A stretch of DNA of 64,000 nucleotides from Anaeramoeba ignava BMAN (taxonomy: Eukaryota; Protista; Anaeramoebae), in contig JAPDFW010000114.1 of the NCBI GenBank assembly GCA_028826165.1, forward strand, positions 62,001 through 126,000, written 5' to 3'. A program made the position numbers and the translations under genes. Under the pieces are notes generated by a model. That model ran no database searches. It was not told where the DNA came from and saw only the letters and a program-made list of their open reading frames with translations. Shown here one piece after another: positions 24,842 through 36,638 of this stretch (position 1 is its first letter; the number at the start of each line of letters is the position of its first letter).

Positions 24842-26646
24842 ATGAATGATTGTTTATTTTTTGGTTATAATTCTCAACCAAAACTTATCCAAAATGAATC
24901 AAATAAAATAACAAAACCAATTCAATTTAAATTTGAAAATGAAAATGAAAATGAAAATGAAAAACAAATTAAACAAATTTCATCAAGTGATTATTCAACA
25001 ATTTTCCTTTTTGAAAATGGAAAAGCAATAGAATATTCAAAACAAAATCTTTCAAAAATCCAAATTGAAAATATTCAAAAAGTAACTGTTGGTTATTTTA
25101 ATGAAGCTATTTTAACAAAAGAAGGAAATGTATTTGCCAAAGGAAAATAATATTAATTCAAAAAATCCAAAAGAATTTATCAATATTTCATCATTAATTG
25201 AAGATACAAATGATAGAATAATTCAAGATATTGTTTCTGGAGTTTATTCAATTTATTTATTAACTTCAAATCAAAATGCTTATGGAATTGGTGATAATGA
25301 ATATGGTCAACTTGGTTTTGATTCTAAAACACTTAAAAAAACAGAAAAACCAATTTTAATGATGAAAAATGTTTCTAAAATATTTTCAGGAAACAATCCA
25401 AATCATGTTTTTCTTTTAAATTTAAATCAAGAATTATTTGGATGTGGATTAAATGTATATGGTCGACTTGGATTAGGAAAATCAAGAAAAGAAGAAACAG
25501 AAATCCAAGAATTAACCAAAATCCAAAATATTCCAAAAGGTAAAATAATTGATATTCAATGTGGATATACTCATTCAATAATGTTGATTGAAAATAAAAA
25601 TGAAAATGAAAATCCAAAAAGAAAACTTTATTCATGTGGAAATTATCAATATAATGGACTTGGCAAAAATAAAAATACTTATGAATTTACTGAAATCAAA
25701 TCATCTTTATTTGAAAATGACAATGATATTCTTGATTTTTCTGTTGGAAATGCACATATTTTGATTTTAACTTCCAAAGGGAAATTAATAGTATTTGGAG
25801 ATAATTATCATGGTCAATTAGGAACTGGAGATACAAATAATCAATCAATTCCAATTCAAATTAAACTTCCTAAATTAATATTTAATGAAAATATTTCTAA
25901 TTATCATGTTTCTTGTGGTTGGCATAATTCATTTCTTTATTATTATCCTCTTTCTTTTTGCAATCTTGAAGAAGATTTGATAAAATTATTTAGAAGAAAA
26001 GAATTTTGTGATATTTCATTTAAAACCAGAAAATGGAGAAATAATTAAAGCTCATAAATTAATATTGAAATATAGATTAAATGAAAATGAAAATCAAAAT
26101 GAAAATGAAAATCAAAATCAAATTGAAAATGAAATTGAAAAACTTCAAGAAATTATTTCAAAAAAATCAATTAAAGAATCAAATCAAATATTTGAAATGA
26201 TTTATTCAAACAGAATAATAAATCCAAAATTATATTCTGAAATTAAAGAAATTATAAATTCAAATGAAAAAATTGAAGAAACAATTAAAAGAATTTATTT
26301 AAATGAAAATGAAAATGAAAAAGAAAAAGATTTTATAATTGAAAGAAAAGAAAAACAATATAAATTTCCTAAATTAATATTAATAATGAGAAGTGAATTA
26401 TATCGAGGAATGTTTTTATCTGTAACAAATGATACTTCTAATAAAGTTACAGATTATAGTGAATTAAGTAATAAATCATTTCAAATATTTGAATATTGGA
26501 TTTATTCAAATCAAATTAAAAATGAAATTCAAATTACACAAGAAATAATTGATGAAATTGAAATTGGAATTGATTATTTTCAATTAAATCAAACAAATCC
26601 AAATTTATTTGATTTATTAATTAACAAATTTAATAATCAAAATTAA
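24842..26646 (+). CDS. RCC1-repeat beta-propeller plus tandem BTB protein, copy 1 (apparent indels near 25146 and 26025)
   Basis: RCC1 blades GDNEYGQLG, GLNVYGRLG, GDNYHGQLG; BTB CDISF...IKAHKLIL and ILIMRSELYRGMF. Confidence 0.88.
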
Positions 26647-26738
26647 AATTAAAATTAAAATCAAAATCAAAATCAAAATTAAAATTAAAATTCTTTCATT
26701 TTTCATTTTTCTTTTTTCATTTTTTTTCTTTTTCAAAA

Positions 26739-28558
26739 ATGAATGATTGTTTATTTTTTGGTTATAATTCTCAACCAAAACTTATTAAAAATGAAGAAGA
26801 AATAATAACAAAACCAATTCAATTTAAATTTGAAAATGAAAATGAAAATGAAAATGAAAATGAAAAACAAATTAAACAAATTTCATCAAGCTGGATTTCA
26901 ACAATTTTCCTTTTTAAAAATGGAAAAGCAATAGAATATTTAAATAAAAATGATTCAAAACAAAATCCTAAAAAAATCCAAATTGAAGAAAATATTCAAA
27001 AAGTAACTGTTGGTTGTTGGAATGAAGCTATTTTAACAAAAGAAGGAAATGTATTTGCAAAAGGAGAATTTATTAATTCAAAAAATCCAAAAGAATTTAT
27101 CAATATTTCATCATTAATTGAAGATACAAATGATAGAATAATTCAAGATATTTTTTCTGGAGTTTATTCAATTTACTTATTAACTTCAAATCAAAATGCT
27201 TATGGAATTGGTTCAAATCAATTTGGTCAACTTAATTTTGATTATGAAACACTTCAAAAAACAGAAAAACCAATTTTAATGATGAAAAATGTTTCTAAAA
27301 TATTTTCAGGAAATTCTTCAAATCATATTTTTCTTTTAAATTCAAATCAAGAATTATTTGGATGTGGATGGAATAAATTAGGTCAACTTGGATTAGGAAA
27401 ATCAAGAAAACAAGAATGGCAAATCCAAAAATCAACCAAAATCCAAAATATTCCAAAAGGTAAAATAATTGATATTAAATGTGGGACTGATAATTCAATA
27501 ATGTTGATTGAAAATCAAAATGAAAATGAAAATCCAAAAAGAAAACTTTATTCATGTGGATATTTTAGATATAATGGACTTGGCAAAAATAAACATACTT
27601 ATGAATTTACTGAAATAAAATCATCTTTATTTGAAAATGATGATAATATTCTTGATTTTTCTGTTGGACATTCTCATACTTTGATTTTAACTTCCAATTC
27701 AAAATTGATAGCATTTGGAGATAATTCTCATGGTCAATTAGGAACTGGAGATACAAAAATCAATTAATTCCAATTCAAATTGAACTTCCTAAATTAATAT
27801 TTAATGAAAATATTTCTAATTATCATATTTCTTGTGGAGATTATAAAACATTTATTTATTATTCTCCTCCTTCTTTTTCCAATCTTGAAGAAGATTTGAT
27901 AAAATTATTTGAAAGAAAAGAATTTTGTGATATTTCATTTAAAATCAAAAATGGAGAAATAATTGAAGCTCATAAATTAATATTAAAATATAGATTAAAT
28001 CAAAATCAAAATCAAATTGAAAAACTTCAAGAAATTATTTCAAAAAAATCAATTAAAAAATCAAATCAAATATTTGAAATGATTTATTCAAATAATTCCA
28101 AAATAAATTCAATATTATATTCTGAAATTAAAGAAATTATAAATTCAAATGAAAAAATTGAAGAAACAATGAAAAGAATTTATTTAAATGAAAATGAAAA
28201 TGAAAAAGATTTTATAATTGAAAGAAAAGAAAAACAATATAAATTTCCTAAACTAATATTAATAATGAGAAGTGAATTATATCGAGGAATGTTTTTATCT
28301 GTAACTGAAGATACTTCAAATAAAGTTACAGATTATAGTGAATTAAGTAATAAATCATTTCAAATATTAGAATATTGGATTTATTCAAATCAAATTAAAG
28401 ATGGAATTCAAATTACACAAGAAATTATTGATGAAATTAAAATTGGAATTGATTATTTTCAATTAAATCAAACAAATCCAAATTTATTTGATTTATTAAC
28501 TAAAAAATTTAATAATCAAAAAAAGAAGAATTCAAAAGAAAAATGTTTAATTTTTTAA
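26739..28558 (+). CDS. RCC1-repeat plus tandem BTB protein, copy 2, ending in polybasic CaaX (apparent indel near 27758)
   Basis: Near-identical tandem paralogue of copy 1; C-terminus KKKNSKEKCLIF. Confidence 0.88.
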
Positions 28559-28611
28559 ACAAGAAATTATTCAAAAAATTTTTTTCATTTTTTTCATTTT
28601 TTTTTCTTTTC

Positions 28612-30840
28612 ATGAATATTGCACATATTAATAGAAATCATTTCCAAACTCTCAATATTGTTTTAGGATCTCCAATTCTTATACAAAAAAATGATCAATC
28701 TACAATTTATTATTTATGTTCTGCTTTTCCTCATCAAAATGTGTTCAATTCAAAAATCAATTTTTCAAAAACAATTCAAATTGATAAACAAACAATTTCA
28801 CAATATTTTCAAATCAAAACATTTTCAATAGAAGAATTATCTCCAATAAAACTATCAACATTTGAAAGGGAAAAATTGGTTGCAAATTTTGTTGGAATTG
28901 AAGTTATAGAAAAAACTGGGAATTTAAATTCAAATTTAAAACCAACTCATTATCAAATTTCAAAATATCTTCAAAGAATTTTGATTGGAATTATAATTTT
29001 CAAAAATTCCATTATAAAAATACCAAAAAATCAAATTTTAAATCAATCAAAAGAAAAAGAAAAAGAAAAAGAATTTCTCGAACTAAAAATTTTGAAAACA
29101 AAACCAATAAATTCATTAGTTTTAATTAGAAAATCAACAGAATTATCAATTAATTTTAGTTCCAAAAACAAAACAGAGAATAATCAAAATGAAAATGAAA
29201 ATGAAAATAATCAAATCAATATTATTGATAATCAAATTTTAAATTCAATTTCATACTTTGTTGGTGGGATGCAAAAAGTTATTAATTCTCTATCTCATTT
29301 ATTCAATAACATCAATCAAAATCCCTCACAAAAATCTCCTCAAAATATATTACTTATTGGTCCTGATGGAATTGGAAAACGTTCTGTTATTGAATCTTTT
29401 GCAAATCATCTTAATATTTCACTTTTCAAAATTGATGGGAAAAAATTGAACTTCAAATATTTTGGAGAAAGAGAAGATAAAATAAGGGAAATATTCCATC
29501 AAGCTTACACAACAGATTCACTTGCCATCATTTTCCTTCAGAATATGGAGCTTTTATGTCCTAAAAGAAGCGAGGTGAACTCTTCAAAAACAAGACTTTC
29601 AGGCCAATTTCTCGCTCTTCTAGATGGAAAATATCAAAATCTCACATCGAAAAAGTTTCCGCCTCTTGTTGTTGCAACATGTCGTGATCCAAATATGATA
29701 GATCCTGCTCTCAGAAGACCAGGAAGATTAACTAAAGAAATTCACTTACCTCTTCCTGATGAAAATGATCGTCTCGAAATATTAAAAATTCACACAAGAA
29801 AAATAAATCTTGGCCAGAATACCAATCTTCAAAATATAGCAATGGAAACAGTTGGATATCTCGGATCTGATCTTTATCATCTCTGTCGCGAAGCAACAAT
29901 GAATGCCATTCGAAGAGAAATTTTTCGAAAAAAAAATAATCAAATTGAAAATCAAAATTCTGAACAACAACAAGCATTTTCAGCAGTTGTTGAGAAGGAA
30001 GATTTTGAGAACGCGTTAACTAAAATCACACCCACAATCAAGAAGAAGGAAGAAAAGCAAGAAATACAAGAAATACAATGGGATGAAATTGGCGGACTTG
30101 AGGACATCAAAAAAAAACTTTTGCAGGCAGTTGAATGGCCAATCAAATATAGAAAAAGTTATGAGAGATTAGGGCTTGAAAGAATACGTGGTATTCTTTT
30201 GTATGGACCGCCTGGATGCAGTAAAACAACACTTGCAAAAGCTGTTGCAACAAGTGCGAAAGTGAATTTTATTTCCTTAAGTGGTGCCTCAATTTACAGT
30301 ATTTTCCTCGGCGATGCTGAACAAAGGATTCGGGACTTATTCCGCGCAGCTCGGGAAGCTTCGCCATCCATTATATTTCTTGACGAGATTGAGAGCCTTG
30401 TTGGGAAGAGATCAACATCGATTCACTCACACTCAAACAGCGTTCGCGATCGTGTTTTATCAACCTTACTCAACGAAATGGATGGTATAGAATCTGCAAA
30501 GGATGTTCTAGTCCTCGCAGCCACAAACCGCGTCGATTTGATTGACGAAGCCTTGTTGAGACCAGGTAGATTTGATCAAATTCTTAAAATTGATCTTCCT
30601 AATCTTTATGCTCGGCAAAAAATATTCGAAATTAAAACCCGGAACATGAATCTTGATCCTGATGTTGATCTAAAAAAACTTTCCCAATTAACCCATAATA
30701 TGTCTGGTGCTGATATTGAAAATATTGTAAGAGAAACTGCAATTATCGCTTTGAGAGAAAATGTGGAACAAAAAATTCTTCATTTTTATCATTTTCAAAA
30801 AGCTTTAAAAGAATATTTTACAAACAAAAATAATATTTAA
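28612..30840 (+). CDS. Double AAA+ ATPase of the AFG2/SPATA5 group, most like SPATA5L1 (AFG2B) / CDC48B
   Basis: D2 GPPGCSKTT, IIFLDEIES, RVLSTLLNEMDG, ALLRPGRFD; D1 GPDGIGKR, DPALRRPGRL. Confidence 0.85.
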   Translation: MNIAHINRNHFQTLNIVLGSPILIQKNDQSTIYYLCSAFPHQNVFNSKINFSKTIQIDKQTISQYFQIKTFSIEELSPIKLSTFEREKLVANFVGIEVIEKTGNLNSNLKPTHYQISKYLQRILIGIIIFKNSIIKIPKNQILNQSKEKEKEKEFLELKILKTKPINSLVLIRKSTELSINFSSKNKTENNQNENENENNQINIIDNQILNSISYFVGGMQKVINSLSHLFNNINQNPSQKSPQNILLIGPDGIGKRSVIESFANHLNISLFKIDGKKLNFKYFGEREDKIREIFHQAYTTDSLAIIFLQNMELLCPKRSEVNSSKTRLSGQFLALLDGKYQNLTSKKFPPLVVATCRDPNMIDPALRRPGRLTKEIHLPLPDENDRLEILKIHTRKINLGQNTNLQNIAMETVGYLGSDLYHLCREATMNAIRREIFRKKNNQIENQNSEQQQAFSAVVEKEDFENALTKITPTIKKKEEKQEIQEIQWDEIGGLEDIKKKLLQAVEWPIKYRKSYERLGLERIRGILLYGPPGCSKTTLAKAVATSAKVNFISLSGASIYSIFLGDAEQRIRDLFRAAREASPSIIFLDEIESLVGKRSTSIHSHSNSVRDRVLSTLLNEMDGIESAKDVLVLAATNRVDLIDEALLRPGRFDQILKIDLPNLYARQKIFEIKTRNMNLDPDVDLKKLSQLTHNMSGADIENIVRETAIIALRENVEQKILHFYHFQKALKEYFTNKNNI

Positions 30841-30989
30841 ATAAATAAATTTAGAATTAAGATTTGAAATTAAGAAAAAATTTTTTTAAATAAAGATTTT
30901 AAAACAAAAAACAAAAAACTTTTTTCATTTTTTCTTTTTTCCTTTTTTTTTTTATTTTGATTTATCTTTCTTTTTTTTTTTTATAAAAA

Positions 30990-33900
30990 ATGTCAAAGAA
31001 ATCACTTGAAGGTTTAATTTCTTTATCAACCTCAAATGAGAAAAACATTGTAAAATGGGAACGGAAACATTTTTTAAATTCTTCAAAAAATTATGCTCAA
31101 TTAATTTCATTAATTTTAAATACAAAAAGGTAAAAATAAAATTAAAAAGAAATTTAAAAAGAAATTTAAAAGAAAAAAATTTTTTTTGCTTTTAAAAAAA
31201 AATTAATTATAAAATTCAAAAAGAAAATTTTTTTTCTTATTGTTTTTCTAATTAAAATTTTAATTTAAATTTTAATTTAATTTTTAATTTTGAATAGTTA
31301 TCTTAAAGCATTAGCAAATATTATTGATATAACTGATTATGATTTATTGTCTCCTTCACTTGTTAGAATTGGAATTAAAACAAATAAAATATTTATGATT
31401 ATAAAATTATTAATTAAATCAGAATTTGAAAAGAATTATCAATCAAATCCTGGTTCAATTTTACGAGGAAATTCTTTAGCATCAAAAATTTGCACTAATT
31501 ATTCACGTAAAATATTATTTAAAATGAATAAATAATATTTAATTAAATAATATTTAAAATAAATATTATTAAAATGAATATTATTAAAATAAATATTATT
31601 AAATTGAATAAATAATATTAAAATGAATATTATTTAAACTGAATAAATAATATTAAAATGAATAATATTAAAATGAATAAATAATATTAAAATGAATATT
31701 ATTAAATTGAATAAATAATATTAAAATGAATATTATTAAATTGAATAAATAATATTAAAATGAATATTATTAAATTGAATATTATTAAATTGAATATTAT
31801 TAAATTAAATAATATTTAAAATGAATATTATCAAAATAAATAATATTTAATTAAATAATATTTAAAATGAATAAATAATATTTAAATGAATAATATTTAA
31901 ATGAATAATAATATTTAAAATGAATATTATCAAAATAAATATTATTAAAATAAATAATATTAAATTGAATAAATAATATTAAATTGAATAAATAATATTA
32001 AAATAAATAAATAATATTAAAATGAATAAATATTATTAAAAATGAATAAATAATATTAAAAATGAATAAATAATATTAAAAATGAATAAATAATATTTAA
32101 TTGAATAATATTTAAATGAATAAATAATATTAAAATGAATAAATAATATTTAATTGAATAATATTTAAATGAATAAATAATATTAAAATGAATAAATAAT
32201 ATTTAATTGAATAATATTTAAACTGAATAAATAATATTAAAATGAATAATATTAAAATGAATAATATTAAAATGAATAAATAATATTAAAATAAATAATA
32301 TTTAAAATGAATAAATAATATTTAAATGAATAAATATTATTAAATTGAATAAATATTATTAAAATGAATAAATAATATTAAAATGAATAAATAATATTTT
32401 AAAATGAATAAATAATATTTAAAAATGAATAAATAATATTTAATTGAATAATATTTAAATGAATAAATAATATTAAAATGAATATTATTAAATTGAATAT
32501 TATTAAATTGAATAAATAATATTAAATTGAATAAATAATATTAAATTGAATAAATAATATTAAATTGAATAAATAATATTAAATTGAATAAATAATATTA
32601 AATTGAATAAATAATATTAAATTGAATAAATAATATTTAAATGAATATTATTTAAATTAATAAATAATATTTAATTAAATAAATAATATTTAAAATGAAT
32701 AATATTTAATTGAATAAATAATATTTAATTAAATAAATATTATTAAAATGAATAAATAATATTTAATTTTGAAATTCAAAAGTTGAAATTGGATCTGATT
32801 ATGTTATTTCTGTTGTGGGAAGTATTGTTAATGGGTTTATTTATGATTCTTCAATTGATTTGGAAATTGATTCAATGTATTTTTTATCATTTACAAAGAA
32901 AAAAACACAATTTTCTTTTTTGTTTAACTTTTATTCATTCAATTTATCAATAAAGTCGAGTGAAAGAAACATTACCAAATATATCTGACAAAGAATTTGA
33001 AAAAATTATTGAACAAAGAAAAAATCAAGCAGTTGCAATTTCTCAAATTTTAGTTGAAAAAATTACATCAGAAGAAGATTTTGCTTCAATTCCTGATGGA
33101 ATAAGAATTATTGCATCAATAATTGCTAAATATGCGAAAAGATACACACCAGATAATGTAGAACCTTTAGTTGGAGGATATTTTATGCTTAGGTTTGTTT
33201 TATTTTAAATTTAATTTTAAATTTGATTTTAAATTTTGATTTTAAATTTGATTTTAAATTTGATTTTAATTTTAATTTTTAAATTTAATTTTGATTTTAA
33301 TTTTGATTTTAATTTTGATTTTAAAATTTGATTTTAAATTTGATTTTAAATTTGATTTTAAATTTGATTTTAAATTTGATTTTGATTTTTAATTTTAAAT
33401 TTTGATTTTAAATTTAATTTTAAATTTAATTTTAAATTTGATTTTAAATTTGATTTTAAATTTTGATTTTAAATTTAATTTTTAATTTAATTTTAAATTT
33501 AATTTTAAATTTGATTTTAAATTTGATTTTAAATTTGATTTTAAATTTGATTTTAAATTTTGATTTTAAATTTTGATTTTAAATTTAATTTTAAATTTGA
33601 TTTTAAATTTGATTTTAAATTTGATTTTAAATTTGATTTTAATTTGATTTTAAATTTGATTTTAAATTTGATTTTAAATTTAAATTTGATTTTAAATTTG
33701 ATTTTAATTTTAAATTTAATTTTAAATTTGATTTTAAATTTGATTTTAAATTTGATTTTAAATTTGATTTTAAATTTGATTTTAAATTTAATTTTAAATT
33801 TGATTTTAAATTTAATTTTAAATTTGATTTTAAATTTGATTTTAAATTTTGATTTTAAATTTAATTTTTAATTTAATTTTAAATTTAATTTTAAATTTGA

Positions 33901-36305
33901 TTTTAAATTTGATTTTAAATTTGATTTTAAATTTGATTTTAATTTGATTTTAAATTTTGATTTTAAATTTTGATTTTAAATTTGATTTTAAATTTTGATT
34001 TTAAATTTGATTTTAAATTTGATTTTAATTTTAAATTTGATTTTAAATTTGATTTTAAATTTGATTTTTAATTTGATTTTAAATTTGATTTTAAATTTGA
34101 TTTTAAATTTGATTTTAAATTTAATTTTAAATTTAATTTTAAATTTGATTTTTTTTTTAGGCTTCTTAATTCTGCTTTAGTTGCGCCTGAAGCACATATT
34201 CTTTCTCCAAAAACACAAGTTACACCAAAAACTCGAAAAAGTCTTGTTGTTCTTTCCAAAATTCTTCAAAATTTAACAAACAAAAAAAAATTCACAAGAG
34301 ATCCTACTTTTGATGAAAGATTTAATCAATTTATTGATTCTAATACACCAAAAATGACAGAATTTCTTCAAAAACTTAGCAAAAATCCTGAAGAAAATAT
34401 AAAAAAAACATTTACAAAATCGAAAGATTTAAATAATTCAAACGATGATCAATTAAATACAAATAAAGAAAATGAAACCGAAAATAAAAATGAAAATTCA
34501 ATACAATTAGATTCAAATAATTTATCAAATAATTTAACAAATAATTTAACAAGCAATCCTCAATTCTCAAATTCCCAAAGTTTTGAAAATCTGAAAGAAA
34601 TTGATCCAAATATTCATTTATCGGAATTGGATATTCCAGATCTTTTCACTATTCACACAATGTTTTATCGAAACAAACGCAAAATCAAAGATTACTTTAA
34701 TGATATCTCTCAAGATAATTTAACAGTGAATGAGAATCTCAAATTTGAATTTTCAAAACTATTCAATGCAACAATTCAATTAGGTCCACCTCCTTTATCA
34801 ATTACACGTAAAAAATACATTCGAACTAATTATGGATTATCTAATCAAACCCATACAAAGAAAGATATCACAGATAAATTACAAGAAGCTGGCTTTATTT
34901 ATCAAAGCCATAAATCTCATGATGATCCTCCAGTTATTTATATTATAATTCGAAAAATTCCACAAGTTGGATTGTTTAATATTAAAGATTTAACAAAATT
35001 TATTGTCAAGTTTATTATCTCTACAACTACTTCTACTTATTCCATTTTAGTGGATTTATCTTATTCTGTTTTTATTGGTCAAGAAAATCAAGAAATATTA
35101 ACAATTCTTAAATCTATAGCTCAATTAACACCAATAAAGTATAATTTCACAAAAAAATATTCAAAAACATGAAATAATCAAAAATATTCAAAAACATGAA
35201 ATGACATAAAAAATATATATAAAATATATATAAAAATATTCATTCCTAATTCTTTAATTTTAATCTCTATTTTATCAGAATTCAAGAAAATTTAGTTAAC
35301 TTAGTTTTGCTAAATCCAACTCCTTTTTCTAATTATTCAAAAAATTTGAAAAAAGCCTTTTCAAATTCTCCACAATTCAAAAAGAAAATTAAAGATGTTT
35401 ATTTTAAACAACAACTGGATCAATTATCATCAAATTTTTCAGAACTGCTTGAAGATTCTATGAATTCTTTACTTAGATCTTATTGTGTTTTAAAAATCAA
35501 CACAAAAGGAAAAAAACAAGAAAGGTTTTTATAAAAAATTCTTTTTATTTTTATTTTTATTTTTATTTTTATTTGAAAACAAAAAAAAAATAACAGATTA
35601 GTTAAATTAACTTCAGATTCAATTCTTAATATCGATCCAAAATCATGGAAAATTAAAAATCAAAAACAAATTTCAAGAATACAAAAATTATCAGCTTTAA
35701 AATTAATACCTGAAATTATGATTCAATTTGATCCGCCAACTGAAGACGAACTCAAATCACGAAAATCAATTCATTCAAATGCTGATTTAGAATTTCGAAG
35801 ATATTTATTTCACGATATGAAACAAAGAGATTGTTTTATTGAAGAATTTTTAACAATTGGATTCCAATTTGATCCAGATAAATCAAAACAATTTGAAGCA
35901 TTAGTTTCCAATCCAAAGCAAATTGATGTTACAGAGCAATATAAAGCAGGAACTTTTGTGAAAGAAAAAACATACAAAAGAATAATTGATTTAACATATA
36001 GTTCACTATTGTTTATTGATGGGAATAAGATTGATTTGGAAATCCCTTATTTATCTGTTGATTCATTATTTCCAGCTTATAATACAAGTTCAGTTTCACC
36101 TCAAAATTCACCAGATAGTGAAGAAAAACAGAAACATCAAAATCGTCATAAAAAAGCATTTGAATTGACTCCAAATAAAATTGCTTGGCTTAAAATTAAA
36201 TTAGATAAAGCTTTGTCTAAAATTGTTGTTTCTGATGCAACAGATTTTGTTAACACAACTTTAAGTTCAATTATACAATTTTCTGGTTTTGTTGGTGATT
36301 ATTAA
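30990..36305 (+). CDS. RasGAP with Sec14/CRAL-TRIO-like and PH-like C-terminus (neurofibromin-like); exons 30990-31129, 31298-31506, 32783-32876, 32956-33192, 34161-35138, 35279-35524, 35597-36305
   Basis: ILRGNSLASK arginine finger, DLEID, VGGYFMLRLLNSALVAPE, LSKILQNLTN; GFIYQ...PVIYII...YSILVDLS; six phase-consistent introns. Confidence 0.88.
31510..32770. repeat. 15/19-bp minisatellite (AAATTGAATAAATAATATT) filling RasGAP intron 2
   Basis: Direct periodicity, cleanest at 32520-32640. Confidence 0.9.
33203..34150. repeat. 12-bp minisatellite (AAATTTGATTTT) filling RasGAP intron 4
   Basis: Direct 12-nt periodicity. Confidence 0.93.
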
Positions 36306-36638
36306 AAAATCAAAACAAAAATCAAAACAAAAATCAAAACAAAAATCAAAAAACAAATCATTTTTAATCATTCCTTTTTTTCTTCTCTTCATTTTTAAAT
36401 TTCATATTTGTTTGATTTTTTTTGAAAAAGAACAAATAAACAATTTTGTTTCGTGTTATTTTTTTTTTTATTTCTCCAAGAATGAATTCAAATTAATTCT
36501 TTTGAAAAAAGATTGATTTCACATTCAAATTTTGTTTTTTTTTTGAAAAAGATTCTTAGAGTTAAAAATAATTTGAGAAATTAATTAAAAATGATTGAAA
36601 AAATTTTTTTGTTAATTTGAATTTTATAATCGGCTAAA

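Noticed and set aside
25140-25150. AAA-TAA at a +1 frame break, resembling Euplotes programmed frameshifting
   Set aside because: Other breaks (19305, 19500, 26025, 27758, 45225, 56500, ~61050) go in both directions, sit in homopolymers and lack the motif. Long-read consensus error is simpler; needs short-read or cDNA check.
24842-28558. Diversity-generating retroelement behind the RCC1 variability
   Set aside because: No reverse transcriptase or template repeat in the window, and differences are not confined to adenines of one copy.
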